From Anaerovoracaceae bacterium (GTDB lineage Bacteria > Bacillota > Clostridia > Peptostreptococcales > Anaerovoracaceae): DNA of 64,000 bases. The DNA lies in assembly GCA_045578745.1 (NCBI GenBank), contig JAZNKW010000067.1, forward strand, positions 1,987-65,986, given 5' to 3'. Positions 55,635-63,213 of this stretch are shown here, piece by piece. A program made the position numbers and the translations under genes. Position 1 is the first letter of the stretch. Every line of letters begins with the position of its first letter. The notes below the pieces were generated by a model. That model was not told the origin of the DNA. It ran no database searches and saw nothing but the letters and a program-made list of their open reading frames with translations.

Positions 55635-55675
55635 AAGGGTGTGCCGCAGCGGCGGTGCATCCTTTTTCCGTTTTT
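55635..55675. terminator. Bidirectional terminator between kbl and the 87-aa ORF
   Basis: An 11-bp stem (with 3 G-U pairs), GGGTGTGCCGC/GCGGTGCATCC, flanked by T-runs on both strands. Confidence 0.6.
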
Positions 55676-55937
55676 AAATCTTATACAGTTCCCACCGTGC
55701 CTCCTTCAGAAAAAATTTCAGCTCGTACCGCTTCGCTTCCCCCTCGATGCGGCTCTGACACTGATACAGAATGACCTCTGAATTACCGGCCTTCCGGATT
55801 TCCGATGCGAAGATACGTTCCACCTGTATGTACTTCATGGAACCGTCCGCATCCTTATATTTAAACTTATGGGGAACCGGATGGGATCCCTGCTGAAAAA
55901 CCACGATGGCGTCGATGGGCTTTGCTACAATTTTCAT
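55674..55937 (-). CDS. Hypothetical 87-aa soluble protein, predicted to be LexA-controlled
   Basis: A GAGGAGG RBS lies 8 nt before the ATG at 55937. The sequence runs MKIVAKPIDAIVVFQQGSHPVPHKFKYKDADGSMKYIQVERIF...RYELKFFLKEARWELYKI. It has its own promoter and terminator. Confidence 0.65.
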   Translation of the reverse strand: MKIVAKPIDAIVVFQQGSHPVPHKFKYKDADGSMKYIQVERIFASEIRKAGNSEVILYQCQSRIEGEAKRYELKFFLKEARWELYKI

Positions 55938-55972
55938 AATCCGGTTCCTCCTCTCACACATACTTCCTCTTC

Positions 55973-56001
55973 ATTATAGCGAACATTTGTTCGTTTTGCA
56001 A
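55973..56001 (-). promoter_or_regulatory. Near-consensus sigma-A promoter with an embedded LexA (Cheo/SOS) box
   Basis: The minus strand reads TTGCAA (56001-55996), a 17-nt spacer, then TATAAT (55978-55973). The spacer carries CGAACAAATGTTCG (55993-55980). Confidence 0.7.
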
Positions 56002-56003
56002 GC

Positions 56004-56038
56004 AAAAGAAAACCGCAGGGGTAATCTTCCACCCGCGG
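56004..56038 (-). terminator. Terminator after the DUF2812 gene
   Basis: The minus strand reads CCGCGGGT...ACCCCTGCGG followed by UUUUCUUUU. Confidence 0.65.
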
Positions 56039-56049
56039 TGTTTCACAGT

Positions 56050-57297
56050 TTATTCAATTCCCAGCTGCTGCATGATTTCTTTTTTCTGTTCTGCTGGCAG
56101 CGATATTTTATTTTCGATTTCAATGATACAGCGGTCCTTCACCAGCAGCCATTCTTCCCAGCTGCCCAGTCTGCGGTAATAACACTGGTCTGCATTCCAG
56201 GCAGCATCCGATGTTTCCGCATAGGTTCCGCGGTAGGTTTCCTGCAGCAGTCTCTTTTCCAGACACCAGTCAAGCAGGCCTTCTGCCTTGATTTCATTGA
56301 TTTCGTAACCGATCTGCGGATTCTCCAGTTCACCGCTGGTCTGCTTCACCAGGAAGGTTTCATGAACTTCCGGTGCGTATGGATCCAGGGTTTCTAATCC
56401 AGATGTACCTCCTGAGAATGCCAGCCACATAACCAGCGATACCATGGCGAAAGCCCCGATAATATCCACAACGACGAAGACCGCGATGTTCGTTCCGCGG
56501 GATGCTCCGCGTTTTTTCATGAAATTCTTGGTGAAATTCAGCAGTGCCACCAGGCCGAAGAAACCAATCATATAGAAGACCATATAACGTGCTCCCGCCG
56601 CATTGCCTTCTCCTGCAATTCCTGCTACCATACCGATGAAATATATTCCAATTACCGGAAGCTCCCATCGGTTCAGCAGCCGCACAACCTTAGCGCTGGC
56701 ACATCTGCCGCCGGCTTCTACGGATTTTGTGGAGCGGTGAAGCCACACATAATAGGCAATCAGATTGGCCGTAACCAGTGCGGTACCAACAGGCAGAAAC
56801 AGGGTGGAAAGCAGGCTGCCATAGCCGGACAGCGCATCCAGGGGATCTGCGAGAAACGCACTCAATCCCACCCACGTGTTAAATACTGTCAGAAGAACCA
56901 GCACCACATGGGCCGGTACGAAACTTTTCTTCATGGCCTTGCGGATAATCCCCAGGCGCACTTTCTCTTCCGTTTCAATTGGCACCGGATCCGGCCGCCG
57001 GTTCATGTAAATCTGGGCCTGCAGGAAATCCCCCACTTTCTCCCAGCCGGCTTCTCTGCAGAACTCTTCCAGCGTCTTCTGCTCCGCTATTGGCTCCGGA
57101 TCAAACTGGGATGCCTGGGGCACGTAGGTTACGGCATACTTTACTTCAGCCGGCTCCCCTTCCCGGTACTTCCAGATTGTGTTTCCCGGTGTTTCCAGGA
57201 ACCAGCCTTTCGCTGCCATCTTTTCCAGATGTTCTTCAATCCCCTCGTAGTCAAAGAGGAGATGGGTCATCAGTTCCCTTTTGTACTTGCCGCTCAT
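56050..57297 (-). CDS. DUF2812 domain-containing membrane protein
   Basis: The N-terminus (LLFDYEGIEEHLEKMAAKGWFLE) is typical of DUF2812. Several TM helices follow. It lies immediately downstream of a PadR gene, which is the canonical context. Confidence 0.8.
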   Translation of the reverse strand: MSGKYKRELMTHLLFDYEGIEEHLEKMAAKGWFLETPGNTIWKYREGEPAEVKYAVTYVPQASQFDPEPIAEQKTLEEFCREAGWEKVGDFLQAQIYMNRRPDPVPIETEEKVRLGIIRKAMKKSFVPAHVVLVLLTVFNTWVGLSAFLADPLDALSGYGSLLSTLFLPVGTALVTANLIAYYVWLHRSTKSVEAGGRCASAKVVRLLNRWELPVIGIYFIGMVAGIAGEGNAAGARYMVFYMIGFFGLVALLNFTKNFMKKRGASRGTNIAVFVVVDIIGAFAMVSLVMWLAFSGGTSGLETLDPYAPEVHETFLVKQTSGELENPQIGYEINEIKAEGLLDWCLEKRLLQETYRGTYAETSDAAWNADQCYYRRLGSWEEWLLVKDRCIIEIENKISLPAEQKKEIMQQLGIE

Positions 57298-57300
57298 CTT

Positions 57301-57618
57301 CTAATCCTCCCCATTTACCAGCCGCACATAGTCCGCCGTCTGCTTCCGCAGCCGCTCAAACTCTTCCCGCAGGGTCACGGCCCCCTTCTGCGTCAGAATG
57401 TAGCTCTTCTTCCGTCCTTCCACTTTCGTTTCCCGAATCATCCCTGCCTGAGCAAACTGTTCCAGCAGATTGTACAGGGTCCCCGGCCCCACACTGACCC
57501 GTCCGTCGGTGATCTCACTGACTTCTGCCATAATGTCCATGCCGCAGCACTCTTTTCGCAGGCACAGCAAAATATAAAACATCTGCTCCGTCAGCGTCTG
57601 AAATTTTTCTCTTGGCAC
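57301..57618 (-). CDS. PadR family transcriptional regulator
   Basis: LTEQMFYILLCLRKECCGMDIMAEV...GTLYNLLEQF is a winged helix-turn-helix. I favour the GTG at 57618, which lies 8 nt after a GGAGG RBS. The ORF track instead starts at the GTG at 57639. Confidence 0.85.
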   Translation of the reverse strand: MPREKFQTLTEQMFYILLCLRKECCGMDIMAEVSEITDGRVSVGPGTLYNLLEQFAQAGMIRETKVEGRKKSYILTQKGAVTLREEFERLRKQTADYVRLVNGED

Positions 57619-57646
57619 CGTCTGCACCTCCCCCCGCACGCAATTG

Positions 57647-57704
57647 TCGAATATCGATACTCCCCTTCTGCCTTCATTATATTATCGAATATCGTTATTG
57701 TCAA
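57647..57704 (-). promoter_or_regulatory. Perfect-consensus promoter of the padR operon, with a duplicated TCGAATATCG element
   Basis: The minus strand reads TTGACA (57704-57699), a 17-nt spacer, then TATAAT (57681-57676). CGATATTCGA occurs once in the spacer (57685-57694) and once in the leader (57647-57656). The whole region is flanked by inverted CAATTG(A/T)C. Confidence 0.6.
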
Positions 57705-57721
57705 TTGTTTTTTGCACTGTC

Positions 57722-57978
57722 GCACGCTAAACTCTCAATTTAGATTTAAATGGAGTGCTGTAACTTGTGGTTTGTACGCCAAACAGACAAAATATGCTAA
57801 ATTGGAGTGCATACACACTCATAAAATACTCTGTTTTTTACTTTTTCATTTATTTTCATGTCATTTTGCACGCTAAATCGTCGAAAATAAAGCAAACAGC
57901 GTGCACAAACCTGAAAATTTGGTCCATTTTCAACTCTAACCGTACTCCAAATGACCATATTTTGCCTAAAAAGCGTAC
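57722..57978. repeat. Four copies of the 37-nt bipartite motif G[CT]AC[GT]C[CT]AAA-N21-G[AC]GT[AG]C
   Basis: The copies lie at 57722-57758, 57774-57810, 57868-57904 and 57942-57978. The two halves are inverted versions of GYACKC. The spacer is exactly 21 nt in all four copies. Confidence 0.7.
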
Positions 57979-57985
57979 ATACAAC

Positions 57986-58015
57986 GAAAAAACGGAGCAG
58001 AATTCTCTGCTCCGT
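57986..58015 (-). terminator. Terminator after metH
   Basis: A 9-bp stem, ACGGAGCAG/CTGCTCCGT, followed by UUUUUU on the minus strand. Confidence 0.8.
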
Positions 58016-58034
58016 TATGGATTTACATATGAAT

Positions 58035-60467
58035 TTAACCTAAAACTTCCTGTGCATAGTACACAGTTGCCATTGCGTCCTTGGCGTAGTGGTCGGCATG
58101 GATCATTTCGGCATACTGCTCTGTAAGAACCGCACCGCCTACAACTACTTTGCAGTCCGGCTTCTTTTCTGCCAGCAGCCTGATGGTTTCTTCCATGCTG
58201 GTGACAGTGGTGGTCATCAGTGCACTGAGGCCAACCAGCTTCACGTCCTCTGCAATGGCTGCTTCCACAATTGTTTCCGGCGGCACGTCTTTGCCCAGGT
58301 CGCGGACATCGTAGCCGTAGTTTTCCAGAAGAACCTTGACGATGTTCTTGCCGATGTCGTGAATATCGCCTTTCACAGTGGCGATGATGATTTTGCCCTT
58401 CTTGCCCTGACCTTCGGCGGAACCGGAAGCGTCCATTGCGCCGCGGACTGCCTCGAAGGCGGATTTTGCGGCTTCTGCACTCATGAGAAGCTGCGGCAGG
58501 AATACGGTGCCTGCTTCAAAACCTTTGCCCACGATGTCCAGCGCCGGTACCAGCTGCTGGTTGATCAGTTCCAGAGGCGGAATGGTCTTCACCAGCTCTG
58601 CTGCGATATGGCCGGCCTGGTCTTTCAGGCCTTTGACGATGGCGCGCTCCAGATCAGAGCCGCCAACTGGTGCCGCTGCGGAACCAGCAGACGCAGCGGT
58701 CTGAGCCGCAGGTGCAGAACCGGCAGTCGGTGCCACGGTGTTCGCATAGTTTTCAATGTATGCAGCGCAGTTTTCGTCCTTGCCGGTGAGGGCACGGTAC
58801 GCATGGTACGCCTGCAGCATGCCATCTGCGTTGGTATTTAAAATCGCACAGTCAAGGCCGCAAGCCAGAGCCTGCGCATAGAAGTTTGCATTGATAATGT
58901 CACGGCGAGGCAGCCCGAAGGAGATGTTGGACACACCCAGAGAAGTGCGCACGCCCAGGCCTTCCTTCACCATTTGCAGAGCCTTCAGGGTAGTCACAGC
59001 ACCCTGCGGGTCAGAACTGATGGTCATGCAGAGAACGTCCATGACAATGTCTTTGCGGGAAATGCCGTAGGATTCGGCTGTCTTCACGATTTTTTCTGCG
59101 ATAGCGTAACGGCCTTCTGCAGTTGCTGGAATGCCGGACTCGTCCAGAGTCAGACCAACTACCACGCCGCCGTACTTCTTCACCAGAGGGAATACGGCTT
59201 CCATGGATTCCTGCTTGCCGTTTACGGAGTTGATCATGGCCTTGCCGTTGTAGTAACGGAGGGCCTTTTCCATAGCTTCCACGTTGGAAGTGTCAATCTG
59301 CAGCGGCAGGTCGATGACGCTCTGCACTTCGCGGACCACATCCAAAATCATGGACGGCTCGTCGATTTCCGGCAGGCCTACGTTGATGTCCAGAATCTGG
59401 GCACCCTTGTCCTGCTGGCTGAAACCTTCCTGCAGAATATAGTCCATATCGTGGTCGCGGAGAGCCTGCTTGAATCGGGACTTGCCGGTCGGATTGATAC
59501 GCTCGCCGATGATGATCGGATCGTCTGCAATTTCCACTGCATGGGTGTAAGAAGACACGACGGTTCTGCCCTTGTCTGTGAGAGGCTTTGGTGTGATTCC
59601 GCTGCACTCATTTACCAGCAGTCTGATGTGCTCCGGCGTGGTGCCGCAGCAGCCGCCCACCAGCCATGCACCGGCTTCTGCGAATTCACGAACCTTCTTC
59701 GCAAAATCTTCCGGGCTCACGTCATATACAGTCTCGCCCTTTTCCTGTCTCGGCAGACCTGCGTTTGGCTGAATGATGACAGGGACAGACGCCACTCTCA
59801 GGAAGTCAGCAACCACCTGTTCCAGCTGGAACGGCCCCAGGCCACAGTTTACACCCAGCGCGTCTACACCCAGACCTTCCAGCAGCGCCACGATGGCTTC
59901 CACATTGCCGCCGGTGAGCATTTTGCCGGTCTGGTCGAAGGTGACAGTTGCAAATACAGGCAGCTTGGTATTCTCTTTCGCTGCCAGCACTGCTGCCTTC
60001 ACTTCCAGGGTGTCGGACATGGTTTCAATATGAATAAAGTCGGCGCCGCCCTCTTCAGCAGCAACCACGATTTCCTTAAATATGTCGTACGCATCGTCGA
60101 AAGACAGGTCCCCCAGAGGCTGCAGAAGCTTGCCGGTCGGTGCCACATCGCCGGCCACGAAGACAGGACGGTCAAACTCTTCGGCAACCTTACGGGCATT
60201 GGCGATGCCCTGCTTTACCAGCTGCTCTACAGTGTAGCCGGTGCCGGCCACCTTCAGACGGTTGGCGCCGAACATATTTACCAGGATGATGTCAGAACCT
60301 GCCTCCAGGTACTGACGGTGCACATCCATGATGTCTTCCGGACGGGTAAAGTTCCAGATATCGGTGTTTTCTCCCGGTGTCATGCCCTTCTTCTGCAGCA
60401 TGCTTCCCATGCCCCCGTCAAAGAACAGAATTTTCTTTCCTAATGCTTCCAAAATATTATATTTCAT
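58035..60467 (-). CDS. metH: Cobalamin-dependent methionine synthase (Hcy-, pterin- and B12-binding modules; no AdoMet reactivation module)
   Basis: 810-aa ORF. FDGGMGS and GGCCGTTPEHI mark the Hcy S-methyltransferase module. The pterin-binding barrel is present, and the B12-binding motif reads VKGDIHDIGKNIV. Confidence 0.95.
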   Translation of the reverse strand: MKYNILEALGKKILFFDGGMGSMLQKKGMTPGENTDIWNFTRPEDIMDVHRQYLEAGSDIILVNMFGANRLKVAGTGYTVEQLVKQGIANARKVAEEFDRPVFVAGDVAPTGKLLQPLGDLSFDDAYDIFKEIVVAAEEGGADFIHIETMSDTLEVKAAVLAAKENTKLPVFATVTFDQTGKMLTGGNVEAIVALLEGLGVDALGVNCGLGPFQLEQVVADFLRVASVPVIIQPNAGLPRQEKGETVYDVSPEDFAKKVREFAEAGAWLVGGCCGTTPEHIRLLVNECSGITPKPLTDKGRTVVSSYTHAVEIADDPIIIGERINPTGKSRFKQALRDHDMDYILQEGFSQQDKGAQILDINVGLPEIDEPSMILDVVREVQSVIDLPLQIDTSNVEAMEKALRYYNGKAMINSVNGKQESMEAVFPLVKKYGGVVVGLTLDESGIPATAEGRYAIAEKIVKTAESYGISRKDIVMDVLCMTISSDPQGAVTTLKALQMVKEGLGVRTSLGVSNISFGLPRRDIINANFYAQALACGLDCAILNTNADGMLQAYHAYRALTGKDENCAAYIENYANTVAPTAGSAPAAQTAASAGSAAAPVGGSDLERAIVKGLKDQAGHIAAELVKTIPPLELINQQLVPALDIVGKGFEAGTVFLPQLLMSAEAAKSAFEAVRGAMDASGSAEGQGKKGKIIIATVKGDIHDIGKNIVKVLLENYGYDVRDLGKDVPPETIVEAAIAEDVKLVGLSALMTTTVTSMEETIRLLAEKKPDCKVVVGGAVLTEQYAEMIHADHYAKDAMATVYYAQEVLG

Positions 60468-60470
60468 GAT

Positions 60471-61160
60471 TTACACATTCCTCCTGTAAATACAGTCTTT
60501 TTTACGGCAGGCCTCACAGCCGTGAAGGGTGCACCGCTCAATTTCCTGATTTGGATATTTCCTGAACCGGCTCATACCCATCACCGCCGTCACGGATTTA
60601 GACGGAGAGAGCATACCACCCTCGGTAGGTGTGACACCAATGGTCCGCGGCAGATCCATAAACCGGATGAAATCTCTCTGATGTGCGATATCAAAATCCC
60701 CGTACCCCGGTGAAAACCGCGGTCGAAGGGTTTTGTATTCTCTGTTCAGTTCTTTTTCCAGTTCCAGCTGGTAGCCATCACAGTAGGACTCAATGACTGC
60801 CGCAGCAGCTGCATCCATCAGCAGCCCCTGGCTCATATTCCGGCGGGAATACTGGCTGATCAGCCGGTCTGCTTCTGCCCCCAGTGTGGCTGCGAAAAAT
60901 ACCACCTCATCGCAGTCCCGCAGGTTGACGGTCAGAGAACGGCTGGTGACATCCAGCACGCCGCCGAAGCGAAGACCGTTTTCAATCTCCGGAATCGCCT
61001 TGACAGAAAAGATTTTGCTGGTAAAACGCGGTCTGCACTGACGGTACAGTTCCTCCACCGCCCAGTCAGCGAATTCAATGATTCGGGGGTCGATGTCCGC
61101 CGGGTCTGCTTTGCCCATTCCGGCATACCGCAGGACCTCGGACCGAAGCCAGCCGCCCAT
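60471..61160 (-). CDS. Stand-alone methionine synthase activation (AdoMet-binding) domain protein with a Cys-rich C-terminal tail
   Basis: RPRFSPGYGDF resembles the MetH reactivation-domain RxxxGY motif. The tail is CTLHGCEACRKKDC. Its start overlaps the metF stop (TAATG). Confidence 0.7.
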   Translation of the reverse strand: MGGWLRSEVLRYAGMGKADPADIDPRIIEFADWAVEELYRQCRPRFTSKIFSVKAIPEIENGLRFGGVLDVTSRSLTVNLRDCDEVVFFAATLGAEADRLISQYSRRNMSQGLLMDAAAAAVIESYCDGYQLELEKELNREYKTLRPRFSPGYGDFDIAHQRDFIRFMDLPRTIGVTPTEGGMLSPSKSVTAVMGMSRFRKYPNQEIERCTLHGCEACRKKDCIYRRNV

Positions 61161-62047
61161 TACTTCTGATCAGCGCCGATGATATAGGACAGGTTGTTAC
61201 GGATGGCCTGTGCCACATCCGGCTTGTTCATGGTATAAATGTGGATTGCCTTCACGCCGTTAGCCACCAGGTCGATGATCTGGTCTGTAGCGTAAGCGAT
61301 ACCAGCCTGCTTCATAGCCTCAGGGTTGTGGCCGAACTTGTCCACGATGGCTTTGAAACGCTGCGGCACGTAAGTACCGGACAGTTCCACCGCACGTTCT
61401 ACCTGACGCGGATTGGTAATCGGCATGATGCCGGCAACCACAGGAACGGTGATGCCCTGCTCGCGGATTCTGTACAGGTAGTTATATAAAATATTATTAT
61501 CAAAGAACATCTGGGTGGTCAGGAAGTCCACGCCGGCGTCTACTTTACGCTTCAGGTTGGCAATGTCTTCTGCCTTGTTTGCACTTTCCACATGGCCTTC
61601 CGGATAACATGCCGCACCGATGCAGAAATCGCCGTGCTTCTTGATTTCCTCCACCAGCTCGTTAGCATAGTTGAAGTACTGGCCCACAGGATACTGTCCC
61701 GCCTTTTCCCCCTGTGGAATGTCGCCGCGGAGTGCCAGAATATTTTCGATGCCTGCTGCCTTGATTTCTTCGATGGCTGCGGAAACCTGGTCACGGGTGG
61801 AAGATACACAGGTCAGGTGAGCCAGCGCGGTCACACCCAGCTCGTTCTGCACGTGAGATGCAATCTTCACAGTATTATGTCCTGTACCGCCGCCTGCCCC
61901 GTAGGTCACGCTCATGAAATCCGGTTTGTCCAGGCAAAGCTTGTCCACCGCATTCAGAACCGGCTCAAACGGCATGTCCTTCTTCGGCGGGAATACTTCG
62001 TATGATAAGGTTACTTTGTCTCTTGCTAAAATGTCTTTAATCTTCAC
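61160..62047 (-). CDS. metF: Methylenetetrahydrofolate reductase
   Basis: SYEVFPPK, SVTYGAGG, HLTC and ALRGD are MTHFR motifs. It has a GTG start after an AAGGAGAAGG RBS. Confidence 0.93.
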   Translation of the reverse strand: MKIKDILARDKVTLSYEVFPPKKDMPFEPVLNAVDKLCLDKPDFMSVTYGAGGGTGHNTVKIASHVQNELGVTALAHLTCVSSTRDQVSAAIEEIKAAGIENILALRGDIPQGEKAGQYPVGQYFNYANELVEEIKKHGDFCIGAACYPEGHVESANKAEDIANLKRKVDAGVDFLTTQMFFDNNILYNYLYRIREQGITVPVVAGIMPITNPRQVERAVELSGTYVPQRFKAIVDKFGHNPEAMKQAGIAYATDQIIDLVANGVKAIHIYTMNKPDVAQAIRNNLSYIIGADQK

Positions 62048-62074
62048 TGGTCCTTCTCCTTATATCTCAACGTG

Positions 62075-63097
62075 TTACATCTGTTCCATAAACTTGGTCA
62101 TAATACGGTCTGCTGTAGCATCCAGCTTCGGCAGCTGTACCTGCTCCAGTGGAATTTCCAAGGTTTCGCAGGTATTCTTCAAAGAGGCCATTACATACGG
62201 GTTACGTACATGCATGCCCCTCGGGCGTCCAAACTGTTCACAGTAAGCCAGCAGGAACTGAAGCACCAGTTCTGCCTCATTCTGTGCAGGATGGACCATG
62301 TCCATGTGCACCATTAAGCCAGTCACATCGTCCAGAACCAGGAACATAAGCGGATTCAGCGGACGGTCATAAGTTTCATCTTCCATCATACCGCCCATAT
62401 ACACGAAGTCCAGAAGCAGGTCCATGTCGTTTACTTCTTTGTTTTTCAGACGGTGAAGCATGATTTCGTCGGTAATTTCAATTTCTTCAGCCTGCAGATT
62501 TACCAGCGGCAGACGCGCCGGTGCGGTCATCCAGTTCAGCTCATCCACGTCAAAATATCGGAAACAGAACTCGCCCTCGTCGAACTTCACTTTCACACGT
62601 TCTTCCCGCAGTGCCTTCACCGCTTCGATAATCTGCACCAGGGTTTCCGCCATGAGACGGACTTCTTCGCTGTCCGGTGTCCACGGTGCGAATCTCGGCT
62701 TGAAGGACAGGAAGAAAGGCCAGTTGCCCTTGCCTGCAAACTTCAGTCCCAGTTCTTTAATGATCGGCATCTGCTCTTCCGGCACCTGAATCCGTTCCCC
62801 GAAATACAGCGCCAGAGTCTCCTGATCATAAGCCGCATATTCGATATTCATGCAGGTTTCCGGTGCCATAATCAGCTGCTGCAGGTAACCCAGACCGCGG
62901 GTGCCATCATAGATAGTCAGGCCTTTGGACTCTCCGTTCTGTCCTGCGATTCTTACAAAAACCGGTTCCTCCCGGCCGTTTTCCTGAATGCCGATGAAGT
63001 CCAGGTCCCCCAGATCTTTCCACGGTTCCAGTGCTTTCAGTTCATCGGTCAGATTATATAAAGTCTTCCACATATCCAGTGATGCTTCTTTTCTCAT
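62075..63097 (-). CDS. Hypothetical 340-aa cytoplasmic protein; first gene of the metF-metH operon
   Basis: An AAGGAGAG RBS lies 9 nt before the ATG at 63097. Only 27 nt separate it from metF. I see no TM segment and no motif I recognise. Confidence 0.7.
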   Translation of the reverse strand: MRKEASLDMWKTLYNLTDELKALEPWKDLGDLDFIGIQENGREEPVFVRIAGQNGESKGLTIYDGTRGLGYLQQLIMAPETCMNIEYAAYDQETLALYFGERIQVPEEQMPIIKELGLKFAGKGNWPFFLSFKPRFAPWTPDSEEVRLMAETLVQIIEAVKALREERVKVKFDEGEFCFRYFDVDELNWMTAPARLPLVNLQAEEIEITDEIMLHRLKNKEVNDMDLLLDFVYMGGMMEDETYDRPLNPLMFLVLDDVTGLMVHMDMVHPAQNEAELVLQFLLAYCEQFGRPRGMHVRNPYVMASLKNTCETLEIPLEQVQLPKLDATADRIMTKFMEQM

Positions 63098-63213
63098 GAC
63101 TTGCAACTCTCCTTGAAATGGTATATACTTAATGGGTTAAGGCCTCTGATTTCAGGGCCTGTACACATAATTTGCCTATCTTATTACTATATCATAGAAC
63201 AGGATAAAATACC

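Noticed and set aside
57722-57978. A CRISPR-array or integron attC interpretation of the four repeats.
   Set aside because: The conserved blocks are only 6-10 nt and degenerate. Inter-unit distances are irregular (52, 94 and 74 nt). There are no cas genes or integrase. The R''/R' core sites (RYYYAAC/GTTRRRY) are not matched.
57767-58126. A 119-aa plus-strand ORF spanning the repeat region and the 3' end of metH.
   Set aside because: It has no RBS, it runs through the metH terminator into the metH coding sequence in antisense, and its composition is implausible.
58974-60443. A 489-aa antisense ORF opposite metH. Similar antisense ORFs lie at 31080-32162, 53294-54277 and 54361-55380, opposite the aminotransferase, tdh and kbl genes.
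   Set aside because: The sense genes carry diagnostic motifs. The antisense frames lack start context and have an implausible composition, so I treat them as shadow ORFs.
63098-63213. A possible SAM riboswitch or Met T-box leader ahead of the metF/metH operon.
   Set aside because: The whole divergent intergenic region is 116 nt. It has no GGUGGAGGGA or AUCNAGAGNGGC-type SAM-I cores, no T-box (AGGGUGGUACCGCG-like) sequence and no terminator. The only structure is one short hairpin, AGGCCTCTGA/TCAGGGCCT.
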